From positions 1-64,000 of the forward strand of contig JBPGPT010000014.1 of assembly GCA_051047955.1 (NCBI GenBank): a DNA stretch of 64,000 nt, given 5' to 3'. Shown here in pieces: positions 12,209 to 25,333 of the stretch. Numbering within the stretch: the stretch's first letter is position 1; every line of letters begins with the position of its first letter. Origin of the DNA: Cystobasidiomycetes sp. EMM_F5. Its lineage: Eukaryota. The notes below the pieces were generated by a model. It saw only the letters and a program-made list of their open reading frames with translations. It was not told where the DNA came from and searched no databases. A program made the position numbers and the translations under genes.

Positions 12209-14023
12209 CTACGGTGCCCGTTTAGTCCAATCCAATTTTGATGGTTGACTGTCCCCAAGCCATTCTTCCAATCGCTCTCGCAATGCCCATTTTGCAGTCA
12301 TTCCTTTAAGAAGCTTTTCATCAGGGTACTGATTACCAAGCAGTTCAACGTACTGCGGTACGCTGGTTGGCCTGACCAGGCTTTGCAACGCTGAAAGCGA
12401 ATCTACCCCAGCCCGCTTGAGGAGGTCTGTGTAGGGTGACAATAGCTCACTTGGCAGATCCCTGCTATCAGAGACCGAAGCATTGCCGTTTGTTTGTTTG
12501 CCGCGAACTTTCCCAGACTTGTTGTCATCGGTTTCATTGACGCGTATGCCAAGGCGGCTGAAAAGTGACCTATCAACACCAGCGGGGGCTGCCAGAGGGA
12601 CCTTCGGAGCGACCGGCGATGCTGCAGGAGGCACATAATGCGCAATTCGGATTATTTTGCCATCTGCGTTGATACCACTGTCGGCAGCATGTCAGACGAT
12701 CGCTGAATCGCCAACAACCTGGAAGCAAAACCTACTTCATCTCCTCGATGGCTTTAGAAGCATCAGCAGGCACCAAATACGTCACTTCAAATGCCAGGTT
12801 GCCTTCTGAAGTCTTGTTTGCTGCCAATTTACATCTAGTAATCTTGCCAAATTCACTGAAGGTTGTCTGTGGTTGACAGTCATTCGTCAAGAAGGATCGC
12901 CTTTACTGTCTACACAGATGCATACCTCAATATCACCTTCAGTAGTACCTTCAGCCAGATTTTCCACCAGGATTGTCCGAGGAGCAGCAGCGCCCTTAAT
13001 GCTGCCTAAATTGAAGGCCGGAGATGGGGCTGATTTAGCAGCTTCCGGTATCGGAATGGCGGGGGTCGGCACAATCTCTGCGACAGTCTCTGCATTTGCA
13101 GCTCCATTACGCGAATTGCTTTGCTCCGAAGGCTGAGATGCCGGGATAGAGGGACTTGCAGCGGGAACATCAGATTGTATCACTTTTTCGCCAGTCGTCG
13201 AATAAGCCAGAGTCTTCTTTGTCTCCTCAGTACGTCCATTTGCAATGTCATTTCGCTTTCGCTCGCTCCTGTCTCTGCTTCTGCTGCGTTCTCGACGGGA
13301 TTCTGTTGCTCTGTCCTGACCATGTACCTGTCGCCTATCTGCATCTCTTTCCGAGTCTCTGTCTCGGCGACTGGGTATCTCGCGCTCCCGCTCATGAGGG
13401 CGTTCTCGTGTTGATTCACGAACTTGACTCCGCTCGCTTATGCGATCCTTCTCGTGTTCTCGCTTCATTGGTGCATGCCTATCTGTGGGGTGTTCGCGAT
13501 GATCATCTCTTCCTCTGTTTTGGCCCCTCTCTCTTTCCGAATCTCTGCGTTCATCTCTGCGGTCGTCTTTGCGCTCGTCTCTGTCGCGTCCGCGGTCTCT
13601 GCCACCTACGGGTCCATCTGAATCTCTTTCGTGGCGTGACCTTCTGTCTGACTCATAAGCTCCTATCCTGTTGCGCTCGTCGCGCGCACTTGAACCAGGT
13701 CGGGCATCTCTTGCATCTCGACGTGCTGGAGGTGGGCCGCGAGCTGGAGACCGAGATCTTGAACGGTTTCTTTTCTGTCCTCGATTTCCCCAGCCTGGTG
13801 CAGGTGTTGCTTCTGGCGTAAAAGCAGGTCCTTCAAATGCCAGTGATCCAGATGTCAGATGCTGTTTGCCCTTGCCTGATAGAGCGGCGTTTGCAGAAAC
13901 AGATGCAGCTGTTGGAGGTTGACTGCCAGACCGACTCAGAGCCTGACGAGCACGAAATGCGGCAGCGCCCTCGACTGCTTTGGAGGTTTCCGGTTGCCAG
14001 TTTGCCCAACCGTCGTCTGCCAT
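12209..14023 (-). CDS. RD/RE/RS-rich RRM protein with SAM-like C-terminal domain (gene A)
   Basis: Long mixed-charge region; RRM RTILVENLAEGTTEGDIE|TTFSEFGKI...AIEEMN|GINADGKIIRI; introns 12867-12925 and 12678-12735. Confidence 0.85.
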
Positions 14024-14258
14024 GTTCAGGATCAAACTGATGCAAGGTGGCAGGAGGAAAGAGCGACTGCGTCTTGGGGGCCTGAAAACGCATTCGATCA
14101 TAGCCAAAGCCGAAGGTAATGTCTACTAGGCATACGTTGTTGGCGCGACTACACCTACTGCAGGAGACGAGCCGGAGGTACTTAACAAGCGCCTGACATA
14201 ACTGCACCTGGCTAAGGTGGCAGAGAACGATCCGAAGGCTAAGTTGCCCACAAAATGG

Positions 14259-17200
14259 TCAAATGTCCTCATTGCCGCTCTCCCTTGCTTGTCGCCTGCG
14301 ATCATCAATCTGCTGCTTTTGTGCCTCGACATCTTCCTTTGACCTGAGCACAGTCGCATTCGGGTAGATGGCGAGGAAAGCCTTCCGTAAATTATCGACC
14401 TGGCCGGATTCGACCTGTACGTCCTGCGAGAGGAACCGCAAAGCAGCTTCGGCTGTTGCCAACGAAACGTTGTTTTCTGGTCTGGCGGCTTGGTGCAAAA
14501 TATCGATGATCGCTGAATCGCCTTTTTGACTGGATAAGTACCATTGGCCACGAGCGGCAGCCAGTACAGCATCGGCATTGTGAGGATGCCTTTGCAGATA
14601 AGCATCCGAAACCATCTCCGGAGAGATCGTTTCTAATTGTAGTAGAGCATCCGCTTGCGATCGCGCAGCCTGCCAAACCGAAGAATCGCCAGCGTCCGCT
14701 TGCGTTACTTGTAGTTGATGGTGTAATGCAAATATCCGCCAATGTAGTTCAGGACTTTCCGGAGCAAGCGCCTTCAGCGTTTCTAATGCCTTCAAGGCTC
14801 TCAGGATTTGGCCTGTCGGTCACGTATTAGCACCAAGTCTATCTTCCGTTGCACGTAAACGAACCTTTACGCAGCGCAACGTCAAATATAATGTGTTGCG
14901 CTGAGGGCGATGCTTCACCGTTCACTTCTAAATGAGCTACGAAAGTCTCGACGTTATTTAACGGCATGGAGCATCTGACAAGATTGTCGCCCAAAGGATC
15001 GTCGTCATGTGCGATATCCGAAGCTTCATCCCCGTTGCCTTGCTGCGATGGCTGCGATCCTTTTTGTGCTTCATGTATAGTTTCAGGCAGGCCGTTTTCT
15101 GCATTGACTCGTCAGTAAGGCGGATATCGGCAACGAGCAGAAATTGAACTAGCCGTGATGACCATTTGCAATTGGCTTGGTCACGGGATGCTTGTCGAGG
15201 TGCAGGTAAATATCCGCTGCTATACGCGATGCTTTCAAGAATGCCGGGTGTCTCCGCAACTTTTCGTTAGACCGCGCCATGCTATATCGCATGTATTAGC
15301 CTGACACGCCGAGACGGCAGTGCAACTTTCGTACTCGATGCAGGCGCGCAAGGTAAACTTCCGCATACAGTAGGCTTGAAACTCGAATTCATCCTCGTAC
15401 ACCTCGGAGAAAATCTGCTAAACCACATCAGACACTGTACCCGGGTTGCCTATGTTGTGACTCACCTTCTCCACATTATGACACCGCTTGAGCGCTAAAC
15501 CTAACTTGCCCTGACGATAGTAGGATTCTGCTTCAGCCAGCAAGAACCACAAGCATTGCATGTCTGTCAAGTCGGCTAATGCGGACTCTGCATCCTTCTG
15601 CGAGCAAACGACATTCAGCGCAGGGACCCAGCGTCTACTTATGAAGCTCCTCACTCTAGTGAAGAGACTGGCAACACTCTCTGCTTGCTGTACATCGTCC
15701 GCCTTCAGCAGGTACTTGACGTGTTTTGCGTTGAGGTAGCGGTCTTGCCCATCAAGCGCCCGCGCTTGGGCTAAGGACTCTTCAGCTGCTAGGTAGTCAC
15801 CGGACCGTTTTTCTATACGTGCTTTGGAGGTGTACAGCTCGGGCAGACTTGGTGTATGCTCGATAGCGGCCGATATCACTGTTGCAGCCTCAACATAGTC
15901 CCTTAGATGCAGATGTACCTGAGCCATGAGGTACAATAGCCAAACGTATGTTGTCGGCGCCTCCTCCTCGTCTGCCACTCGAAAGCGTTAGCTGTGTAGC
16001 AGACGCCGGGATCGCCGCTCACCATCAAGGCAGTCCCCATCCAGGGTGTTGCCATTATCGAGACATTTTCTGAAACCAACTAAGATATCAAGCAGCTGAG
16101 ACTTCTTCTCCGTATCAGCGAGTAACATCTTGATGTCGCTGAATAGGGATGGTATGCCGCGACTTAGGCCATCTATGAGATATGCTGAAGCTCGCCTTCG
16201 GAAGAGCGATCCCGTGGCAACATCGAGAACAGTTCGACGAACGGTCCTAGACCGGGGCAGACGATCGGAAAGATCCGATAGAGCGTCTAAAGCAAGCTGT
16301 CGCTGAGCGTCGGATATTCCCTCTAGCTCAATACCGCGGCAACTGAGATATTGCAGGACATAGGTTTTGTTGTCGGGATTATCTTCGAGAAGTTCCGTAT
16401 AGCGAAGCTCTGCGGCTTTTAATTTGCCTATTCTTTTGTGCATCTGGGCTGCCATCTCTTTTCTAGTTTGAACATCCATTATGCGTTTGCTTTCCTTGTC
16501 CAGCAAGCTCAGTGCTTGGTCGGGATGACCACCTTCGGCGAGGACTTGCGCGGTGTATAGGATGACTTCTGAATACTCATAGTCGTTTGCTGGTGTTTGT
16601 TCCATCATATCGCAATAACTCTGCAGGATCTCTGTCGCTCGAGCATAGTCACCAGCAAAATGATACGCAACAGCAACTGCTGTCCAATTGTGTCGTATGC
16701 GAGGCTGTAACCGCAATAAAGCCAGACGTGATGTCGCAGCGCCATCGTAATGTCGTAGAAATAATTGCAGTGCAATCAGATCTCGAAGTACGTTCAAGTC
16801 ATTCTACGTGATTATAGGATTAGTTTGTTTGTCATAAATCTCAACTAGGTATGCTCACTGGCTCAATGCGATTCGCCTGGAGGTAGCATTTCATTGCGTC
16901 TTTATATTCCCTGTCCGCTCGGTGTATGATGGCCACAACATGCCAGCAAACATGGCTTTTTGTATCAAGCGCGAGACCTCGCCTGGCTAATTGCTTGCCT
17001 TCGTCCCGTTTACCAAGATTGTAGATGCCCAGCCCTTTCATACACGTTGCCTCTGCATTATGTGTTCGTTTTCAGCTTGATGCTTGCCAAATTTACGCCA
17101 ACCACACATCACCTACGGGCATTGCTGGGATATTTGCGCAAAATAGTCTCTGCACTCTGAACGCTCGCAGCGTACTTCTTCTCCTCGTATTGCTGAAACA

Positions 17201-17384
17201 CATCGGCCAGCAGTCCTGCGTCGTCTTGCGAAATGTGCTGGGGATCCGCTGATTGTGCAGCACCCATCTTGTCATCATTCGCAGACAATGACGCCGTCGG
17301 ACTGGCAGCCGACTTTGCTGCTACTGCGGGCTTTGCCGCAGCGTTGCCCTTGCCTCGAGCATTTTTGCTCGTCCGCGCGGGCAT
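14259..17384 (-). CDS. NAT1: NatA N-terminal acetyltransferase auxiliary subunit (TPR)
   Basis: QYEEKKY, MKGLGIYNLG, KSHVCWHV, AIEHTPSLPELY..KARIEKRSGD, DRYLNAK, LTDMQCLWFL, DDPLGD. Confidence 0.95.
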
Positions 17385-17463
17385 TGTTCGTCAATCGTCG
17401 AAGGACGAAAGTCGTTGCAGCCAAACAGGGGTACAACAATAACGATCTCTTCCTCTGAGCAAT

Positions 17464-19098
17464 CTACAGCTTGGCTTTCAACCACAAATCTAGCTTCTCG
17501 AGGCTAGCGCTTCCATCGTATATGTCCCTTTCGACCGCCCGCGCGTTCACCTGAAACAGTACTCTCTTCAGTATGATGAACACGCTACTGCGCCGATCAT
17601 GCTTACGTGGTGGGGCCGTAGCTGTGAGATTGTCTGTACTCCCAGCAACCTCATAGCAGTCTCTGTCTCCGCCTTCAAAATTTCGAAGACCCTTTCAACT
17701 CCGGCTTGCCCGCCCGCGGCTAGACCGTATAGAGGTAGGCGTCCGAGACCCACGCCCTTTGCACCGAGAGCCAGTGCCTTCACGATGTCTGTACCCCGCT
17801 TGATCCCGCCGTCGAGCCAAACTTCGACTCCGCTGAGCACTGATGGACAATATTTACGAATCTCGAGGAGAGTATGTATGGCGGGCGGAGCAGTGTCCAT
17901 CGCCCTCCCGCCATGGTTTGACAAGATGATTCCTTTCACTTGCGGATGTAGAGACGCCATGTAAGCATCTTCGTGTGTCTGAATGCCTTTAAGCACGATC
18001 GGCAAATCGGTGTGCTTTGCCAGCCATAACAACGTATCCTTCCATGTCAGATCGCACGCTGTGCCTGCAAACATGGCTTTCCCAACACCTCCGCCCTGCT
18101 TTGTGGCTACGCTAGCCGCAGTCGGGGAGTTTCCAGTTGTCGAAGCACTGCCAGATTGCGCTGAGCTCTTTATGGGCAGCATCGCTGCAAAATTGATTCC
18201 AGCCCTTTCGTCAATCTCACGCTTCCCGGGAATAGCTGCATCAAGCGTCAAGACGATGAACTTGATATCCGGAATCTTGTTGACCCGCTGCAGCATTCTG
18301 ATGCTCTTCTCCCTGTCTACCTGTATGTAAATTTGCCAGCCAAAGACTTGGCCAGGGATAGCACTGGCTGTGATCTCTTCCGGAGACTGTGATGCGTTGT
18401 TGCTGATAATCTGACAAGCGCCCCATACAGCACAGGCTCTCGCCATGCCGTGCTCGCCGTCCGGATTGCCAAGTCTAGCTTGTGCTGCCGGTGATACCAT
18501 GAAAGGCACGTTGACACGGTTCCCCAACAGAGTCGTAGACGTATCGACGTGCGTGACATCTACAAATATGCGCGGCCGCAGGTATATAGACCTGTATACA
18601 GAGTGGTTTCGCTCCTTGCTAACATGGTCATCGGAAGCAGAGAAGTAGTAAGCCCAGGCCTTGCGGCTCATTTTCTGAGTAGCGAGCGCCTCTATCTCGT
18701 CCATGTTCAAACAGTCTTCGACAGTGGAATATCCCATCTGTTGTGCAGTCGCTTCGGCGAGAATCTCGGTGCTGGCCTTGTCAGCCGCATTTACCGAGGA
18801 AGCATCAAAATCTCCGACTAGAGCTGAACTCGGAAGGGATTCTTCGAGCGTTCCTTTGGGGTGTACCGGATGGTACGCCTCGGTCGCATCGGTGCCGGCG
18901 AGCTGCAGAATTATTTTTGACCCTCCAGGATGGGATGGGAGAAAGTCCGTCACATCGTAAACGCGGTTATATAGAATTACCCAACAACTGTCACTGCTGT
19001 TGTGTGTTTGGACTGCAGCTCGGCAAGGTTAGCAATGACGACGTACGACGTTTCGTAAAGACCCATCAACCTTCAGATAGCTGAATTTGCCTCGCCAT
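17464..19098 (-). CDS. Flavocytochrome b2-like FMN-dependent 2-hydroxyacid dehydrogenase with cytochrome b5 domain, C-terminal PTS1 (AKL)
   Basis: VYDVTDFLPSHPGG, AWAYYFSA, LRPRIF, PIVLKGIQT, SNHGGR, DGGIKRGTDIVKALALGA; terminal exon ends WLKAKL*. Confidence 0.92.
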
Positions 19099-19325
19099 AA
19101 TCAGCTTGCATGAATGCGGCGATGGCGGCTTGGTGCTTTCATACAGATGGAAGTTTGTGCAAGGAGAAGCTTCACTGCCTGAAGAGCCGGTCACGAAACC
19201 GATTGGGTTCGCTACCCGCTTGACGATGCAGCCGTCTGTTGGCCTTTGTTCCATCAAGCGGCTGTATTCCTGTAGTGCCTCTGCGCTGAAGTGCTGAAGG
19301 GCTCCTGTCCATCCCACCACTGACG

Positions 19326-20425
19326 ATGCGGATAGCCGCAACCTATCGACCGGCCTCGACTGCCATACTAATCATACTGAATGTTCGTGCAGCGGCTGCC
19401 AGTGTTACAGGATCAGCAATCAACGAAGGACAGCGACAAGTCGGTTCAGCTGTGCTGGCAATCAATTCTGACTTCCCAGACCCGGACGTGATGCACAATG
19501 GTCAACAGTGGTTCGCGTTTGCAACTAGCGGGAATGGTAAGCTAGTCCAAACGGCAACGTCTACCGACTTGGCTACGTGGTCTCTCGCGGGCGATGCTTT
19601 GAGCGGCATAGCAGCATGGGTAAATGCTGACGATCCAGCAGTATGGGCGCCTCATGTAAGACGGCTGGTGCGTCATCAAATACCCTGAATCAACTCTCCA
19701 CCCAACTGATCTGTAGACGATTGAACAAGCAGGCAGATAATAAATTCGTTCTCTACTATTCCGCGGCGACTAAGCAGAATCCCAGCTTGCATTGCATCGG
19801 AGCTGCGACATCCGATAAGCCTGAAGGTCCTTACACACCCACTGGCACGACGGCTCTTGTATGCCCCCTGGCCTCAGGCGGTGCCATAGACCCCAGCACT
19901 ATCTTGGACTCTGGTAAACTGTACCTCGTGTGGAAAGTTGACGGCAATGCTATCAATCTGCGCGATTCTCAGGGAAATCCTTCGAGTCCGATCATGTTAC
20001 AAGAGCTTTCTCAGTCAGACGGCTTGAGCCTGCTCGGAACTGCTACCGCCATTTTCGACGTCGTCGCGGACGAAGGAAACCTTGTTGAAGCGCCGTTCAT
20101 ATCCAAGACAGCTGCCGGTGGTTACACACTTTTGTACAGGTGAGCACGCGACACAAGGGCACTATTGATTTGCGTCTGATTACGACCCGCGGACAGCACG
20201 GGACCATACGACTCATCGACGTACAATAGTAAGTATGCGACCTCGTCAAAGTTGACCGGACCATACACGCGCCGGGGAGTGCTACTGGATTCCGCTACTA
20301 CCAGTCTGTCCGGTCCTGGAGGGGCTTGTCTGACACCCGACAGCTCTAAGATTGTGTTCCACGCCATCATCCAGCAGAACCCCTTGAAACGCGCAATATA
20401 CACGGCGCAAGTATTCCAGTACTAG
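19326..20425 (+). CDS. Secreted glycoside hydrolase family 43
   Basis: Signal peptide; DFPDPDV, VWAPHV, HCIGAATS..PEGPY, GGAIDPS, LVWKVDGN, LVEAPFI, GPGGA. Confidence 0.92.
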
Positions 20426-20874
20426 GGGGGCCCACTTCATAAAACAGCTTTGATACCATATTTTACATTTTCATACCATACGATACCACTCGTTCTTGTT
20501 ATTCCGTTGCTTCTACAGCTAAATATGACGGCTCTTTTGTTTCTGCGATGCTGGAGTCCGCTGTTTCACTTTGACCGCGACTGGATGACGGAGTTCTATT
20601 TATAGAATCCCAGACTGGACCGAATGCTCCATTTTTAGCCTTCGACCATGGACAGGTGCGCAATTTTAGGCTTTGACCGGAGTATCCGTACTGCCCACGA
20701 ATACAGTCTTCGCAGGCTCGTGGTGCGCATTGCAAAGCTTTGCTGACGAAACCTGGGGATCCCACACGTAATTGCCAGCTTGACTCCGCTCAGCTTCACT
20801 GTACTGCTCACCCCTTTGGACACGCTTCTACCACATCACTGCTGACAAGGACTGTCTCTGAACCTATTGGAGCC

Positions 20875-23037
20875 ATGTCAACTCCGGAGAAGAATGTGCA
20901 TAATGGTACAAACGCATCAGGAAGAGCTCCACAAAAACAAGAGATCAGTGGAATTAGTTTCGCCCCAAAGCACGCATACGATTTGGTGAGCACGATTGAT
21001 TGGACGTGGTCATCATCATCCGTTCTGACCAGCAGAATAACAGGATGCGGCGGCGGAGGCGCATGGCTATCATTCGCATACTGGTCTGGTAGTCGACATC
21101 GAAGAAGCTCGCAGAGAATTTGGTGCAGAAGTTGCAAACAAGTTGAAGCTGGATAAAGACGGAAGAACTATTCTGTGGCCACAACCTTCCGACAGGGCAG
21201 ATGACCCACAAAATGTGCGGTTGTCGCTTCGCCTGGACCTCGCAAAGCTGACTTCATAATTCCCCAGTGGTCGCAAGGCAAGAAAAACCTCATGCTATTC
21301 ATCATCACGTAAGTGTTGAGGCCTGGCGGTCACGAGTGTCCGAGCAAACGGGACTGAAGAGTGCGCCTTTAAAGTGCCGCTGCGTTTGTGCCGGATTTCA
21401 TTTCCAGTTGCGGTATTGCATCGCTCTTCCCTCTTGCAGAGACGTATGGAACGACAACCGATGAAATCAATAATTTGACGTCTAATTGGTCAATCTTTAT
21501 GCTAGGATGGGGCGGTAAGGCTCAGTGCTACCCCAACGTGACATAAGCTTATATCTTTGTGCGTCAGGCCTGCTGTGGATCATGGTGATTAAGAAGATAG
21601 GAAGACTGCCAGCCTTGGCTTGGAGTCAATTCGTTGGGCTTGGATTTACCATCGGCTGCACGGTCGCGCCCAACTTACAGACCTTCGCGGCGATGCGAAT
21701 TTTGGCGGCCACTTTCCAAACTGCCCCGCAAGTCTCCGGTCTTTACGTTGTAAGGCTTTCAGTAAGCCGCAGCAGTCGACCTAGCTGACAACTCTTACAG
21801 ATCAATGACATGTATCCGTTCCATCTTCAAGCCCGGAAGCTGAATCTCTGGACGCTGGGCTTCGTCGTCTCCCCGTTCGTCGGACCTTCCTTCCTCGGAT
21901 TCATCACTGGTCAGGGCATAACCTGGAGATGGGTCTATGGTGTTGGCTGTATATACAGCTTCATAGTCTTGGCATTGATAGTCCTGTTCATGGAGGAAAC
22001 CATGTTTGATCGATACGTACGACCTATTCCGAAGAAGCCAACGACAGGACTGCGTTACCGCATCGAGACCCTGGTGGGGATCACTGGATTTAAGATGGCC
22101 AAGTATCGCCCGGCATGGAGCCGCTGCGTTCTTGACGTGTTCGAAGTTATTTTCAAACCACCTGTTATTCTTTCGCTGCTCTACGTTATGTGTAGGTATG
22201 ACACTCACTACCAAGACGAGCCCAGCTAATGTTCTTCACAAATACAGGGGTTTTCGGATTGTGAGCACTGACTTTTTTTATCGCAATGACCACAATTGAT
22301 GTACGAACTTCACGCCATTAGTGGTATTGGCATAAATGTGACCAACGTACGTATACAGAAGCGTCATCTAATTAGAAAAACTTATTGATTAGATCTGCCA
22401 ATCACTTAGGCCGTTTTTGTCGGATCACCTCGGCCACTTGGATATGGCTTGACACTCAAACAACAGGCTGGCTCGTATTTCTCTCCAGTGGTGGGCTGCT
22501 TGCTTGGCGAATTTTTCGGCCGTTACTTCAATGATTTCATCGCGAGAAAAGGCATCCGACGGAATAACGGCGTTTTCGAGCCCGAAATGCGACTTTGGAC
22601 ACTCTACTTTGCTCTGCCCTTCTTTGTAGCAGGATTCCTCATGCTCGGCGCTTCATTCCAGTACAAGCTCAATTTCGCCGTGGCGGCCATCGGCTGGGTT
22701 CTGGCTGAATTTTCAATTCTCCTGACAACCGTGTGCATTTACGCGTATCTAAATAATGTGGAGCCTCATCGTCAGGGCGAGATGTCTGCTCTGATTAACC
22801 TGTTCCGTGTACTCGGTGGATTTGCAGGTAAGTAATGTGGGTGCGTGAAACCGGTCCTTTGCTAATTTGGACGTTTGTACAGTGCCGTATTTCCAAATTG
22901 AATGGGCGTTGCAAAAGGGCACCCTTGAGGTCTTTGGAATCGAGGCTGCCATTGTCGTCGGTCTCTTCCTGGTTTGCATTCCAATACTTCAAATCAAAGG
23001 CAAGAGCATGCGAGCGAAATTCCCAGCTGCCAGGTAG
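20875..23037 (+). CDS. MFS transporter (DHA1/Hol1-like)
   Basis: LWPQPSDRADDPQNW, KKIGRLP, DMYPFHLQARKLNLW, WRWVYG, FMEETMFDR, FEPEMRLW; many micro-exons. Confidence 0.92.
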
Positions 23038-23137
23038 AGAGAGCATTCTCTGGCATGAACCAAGGTTTCCCGGTGTCGTTCAACACATTACTCATCGATA
23101 GCGTCAATGATCGTCTAATTAGCGCAAAAATCTAGTA

Positions 23138-24587
23138 TCATAGCTGACTGTTATACAAACGCGTCAAAGTAATCTCGCCTGTAGTGCTGACGTTGAATCT
23201 GCTGGTGTACATGCCTCGCAGGAGAGGGCTGGTGTCTATGATGCCATGAAAGACCATGCGTCCGTCTGTAGTAAAGCTTGCACCACCAGGACCAGTAAGT
23301 CCAATGTAACTTCCGGAGTGGAGAAGATCAGGAAAAGGACGAGTATAGGGACCTGTTATTGAGTTCGAGACAGCATATGTCGTCTTGTAGTCTGGTGCAG
23401 CAAAGTTTCCCGACGAAAGCAGCAAGGTGTACATGTTTGACTGTGGGAATTTGCGAAGGCATGGCCCCTCTACGAGGTGTCCATCCGAGTTTTGTCGGTC
23501 AAAGATCTGGATAGGCGCGCCGATCCGCTCGTAGCCGTTGGCAATTGACACTTCTTGCAGCATGATTGGTGTCGAGAGCGCTCCTCGTTTATTCCGCAGA
23601 GCCATAGCGTTACCGTCAACCTTGTACACGACAAACATCCTGCCAGTGTCATCGTCAATGAAGCCAGAAGGATCCTGGTGATCACAGGCCGGTCAGCCTC
23701 GATCTATAGGCTGTTTTCGGGACTTACAATCGCTCCACCTTGTTCGAGAGGGCATGCCAAACTCTCATTCCTCGCAACGTATGGCCCCGTTATGGACGAA
23801 GATGTTGCCGCTCCGATACAGTGTCGACCAGTGTTTTCTTTTGAGATTGCGCTGTAGTACAGGACGTAATTGCCGTTATTTGGCTGGGTGGTATTCAAAC
23901 GAGAGATCACATGTCAGGTTGGAATATATCGAGGCTAGCGTATACTGTCCTTACAAGCTGTATGACATCGCACGCCCAGACTCGATGTGTGCCAACTCGC
24001 GGATTGTCTGCACTTGTGACCCATTGTCCAACCTGGAAGGACAGGAGATATTTTGGGGAACAGGTTTCAATGACTACAAAACGGAGACCTACCATTGGAA
24101 GCGCATCTTCCGTTGCCAGCGTCCAGTTTAGGAAGTTTTTCGAATAAGCATAACCAGCATGGTAGGTCCCGTTAGATGTCGTAAATGAATACCATGTGTC
24201 ATCAGGGCCCAATACAATCGATGGATCTGGCCAGTTTGTCGAGCTGATGACTGGTCGAACCCGTAATTTCGGACTGAGAGTGGGGATCGGGCTTGGGCTG
24301 CTTGACGTTGTGGAGGAAGAGACGAGTGAGGATGTGGATACTGAGGCAGACTCCGTTGTTGAAGGCGGCCTGTCCGTGACAGGAGACGCCGGAAAGGATC
24401 TCGAAAAGTAGGGTGGTAGATCTAACGCCTCTGAAGCCACAGACTCCTCCTGAGGAACAGCTACGAAGAGGATGATTAGTGCCAGAGAGATGGCCAAGAC
24501 ATTTCCCAAGATAAACAGTGCCGTCTGCCATCGAACTCGGCGGTCGGTCGCCAGCGACCCAGGCCCTCGATGCCTGCGGCTGAGCAT
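23138..24587 (-). CDS. Glycoside hydrolase family 43 with N-terminal TM anchor and Ser/Thr/Pro stalk
   Basis: TM ALFILGNVLAISLALIILFVAV; S/T-rich linker; NWPDPSI, HCIGAATS..TGPY, GGAI|DPS, VVYKVDGN, LVEGP, GPGGASF. Confidence 0.9.
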
Positions 24588-25333
24588 GACTGAGGCAGCG
24601 ACTGCAGCAAAAGGCCTGCAGGGTGAATGAAGGACAGAAGGGAGTAAAATAAGGGCTTCAGTCGTCCAGCTCTATACAACCTGTCTCTCAGTCAGCTAGA
24701 GATCGCGGTCTTCTCGGCGCCGTTGAACGATGCATGGCTTGGGCGTAAACAACTGCTCGAAACAAAGTTCAAAGGCAGCTTTTGCGGACGCGTTCGCGTC
24801 ATGACAGATACGTTCATCGTAACGTGAAGGCTCTCGCAGTGATTGTCAACAGTTCATGTCAGAACCAAGCAGAGCCGGCGCTTGCAAGCTTAAGTCTTTT
24901 GTTGAAATATGGACGTGACGCTAGACGATGACACTCGCGGCAATTGGTACAAAGATACTGTCTGTGAACCTGGTATTGCCCATCTTTAGTGCAAGCGACA
25001 TGTCTGAAGTGTCGAAAGCCTTCATCGTCGTCATCGGTGCAGTCTCGCGTAAATGAGGCCTATAGGGCAGGCGTGAACGAGGAATATGCCGCATAAGCAC
25101 GCTTTTCAAGTTATTATCCAGTATATTGATGTCCGTGAAGCATTTGCAGCCCCATACGAACGAAAATCTTGCCCTTTGGCCGAGCAAGTTTTGATCTTTC
25201 TGCTTTCTGCCCACAACTTCGACACCAGTACTGAAACCCTGGCCCTTGGGACTCTAGCGGTTCTTAACCAAGGCAGCCAGCACAACATACGAAGAACCCC
25301 GCCAAAGTCTCCCCTCTTTGCCTTTTCGTCAAG

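Noticed and set aside
13156..13821. 221-aa Cys/Leu/His-rich plus-strand ORF
   Set aside because: Antisense shadow of the RD/RE-repeat region of gene A
24600..25333. Possible TPP riboswitch upstream of the SLC35F transporter
   Set aside because: Aptamer core motifs not found
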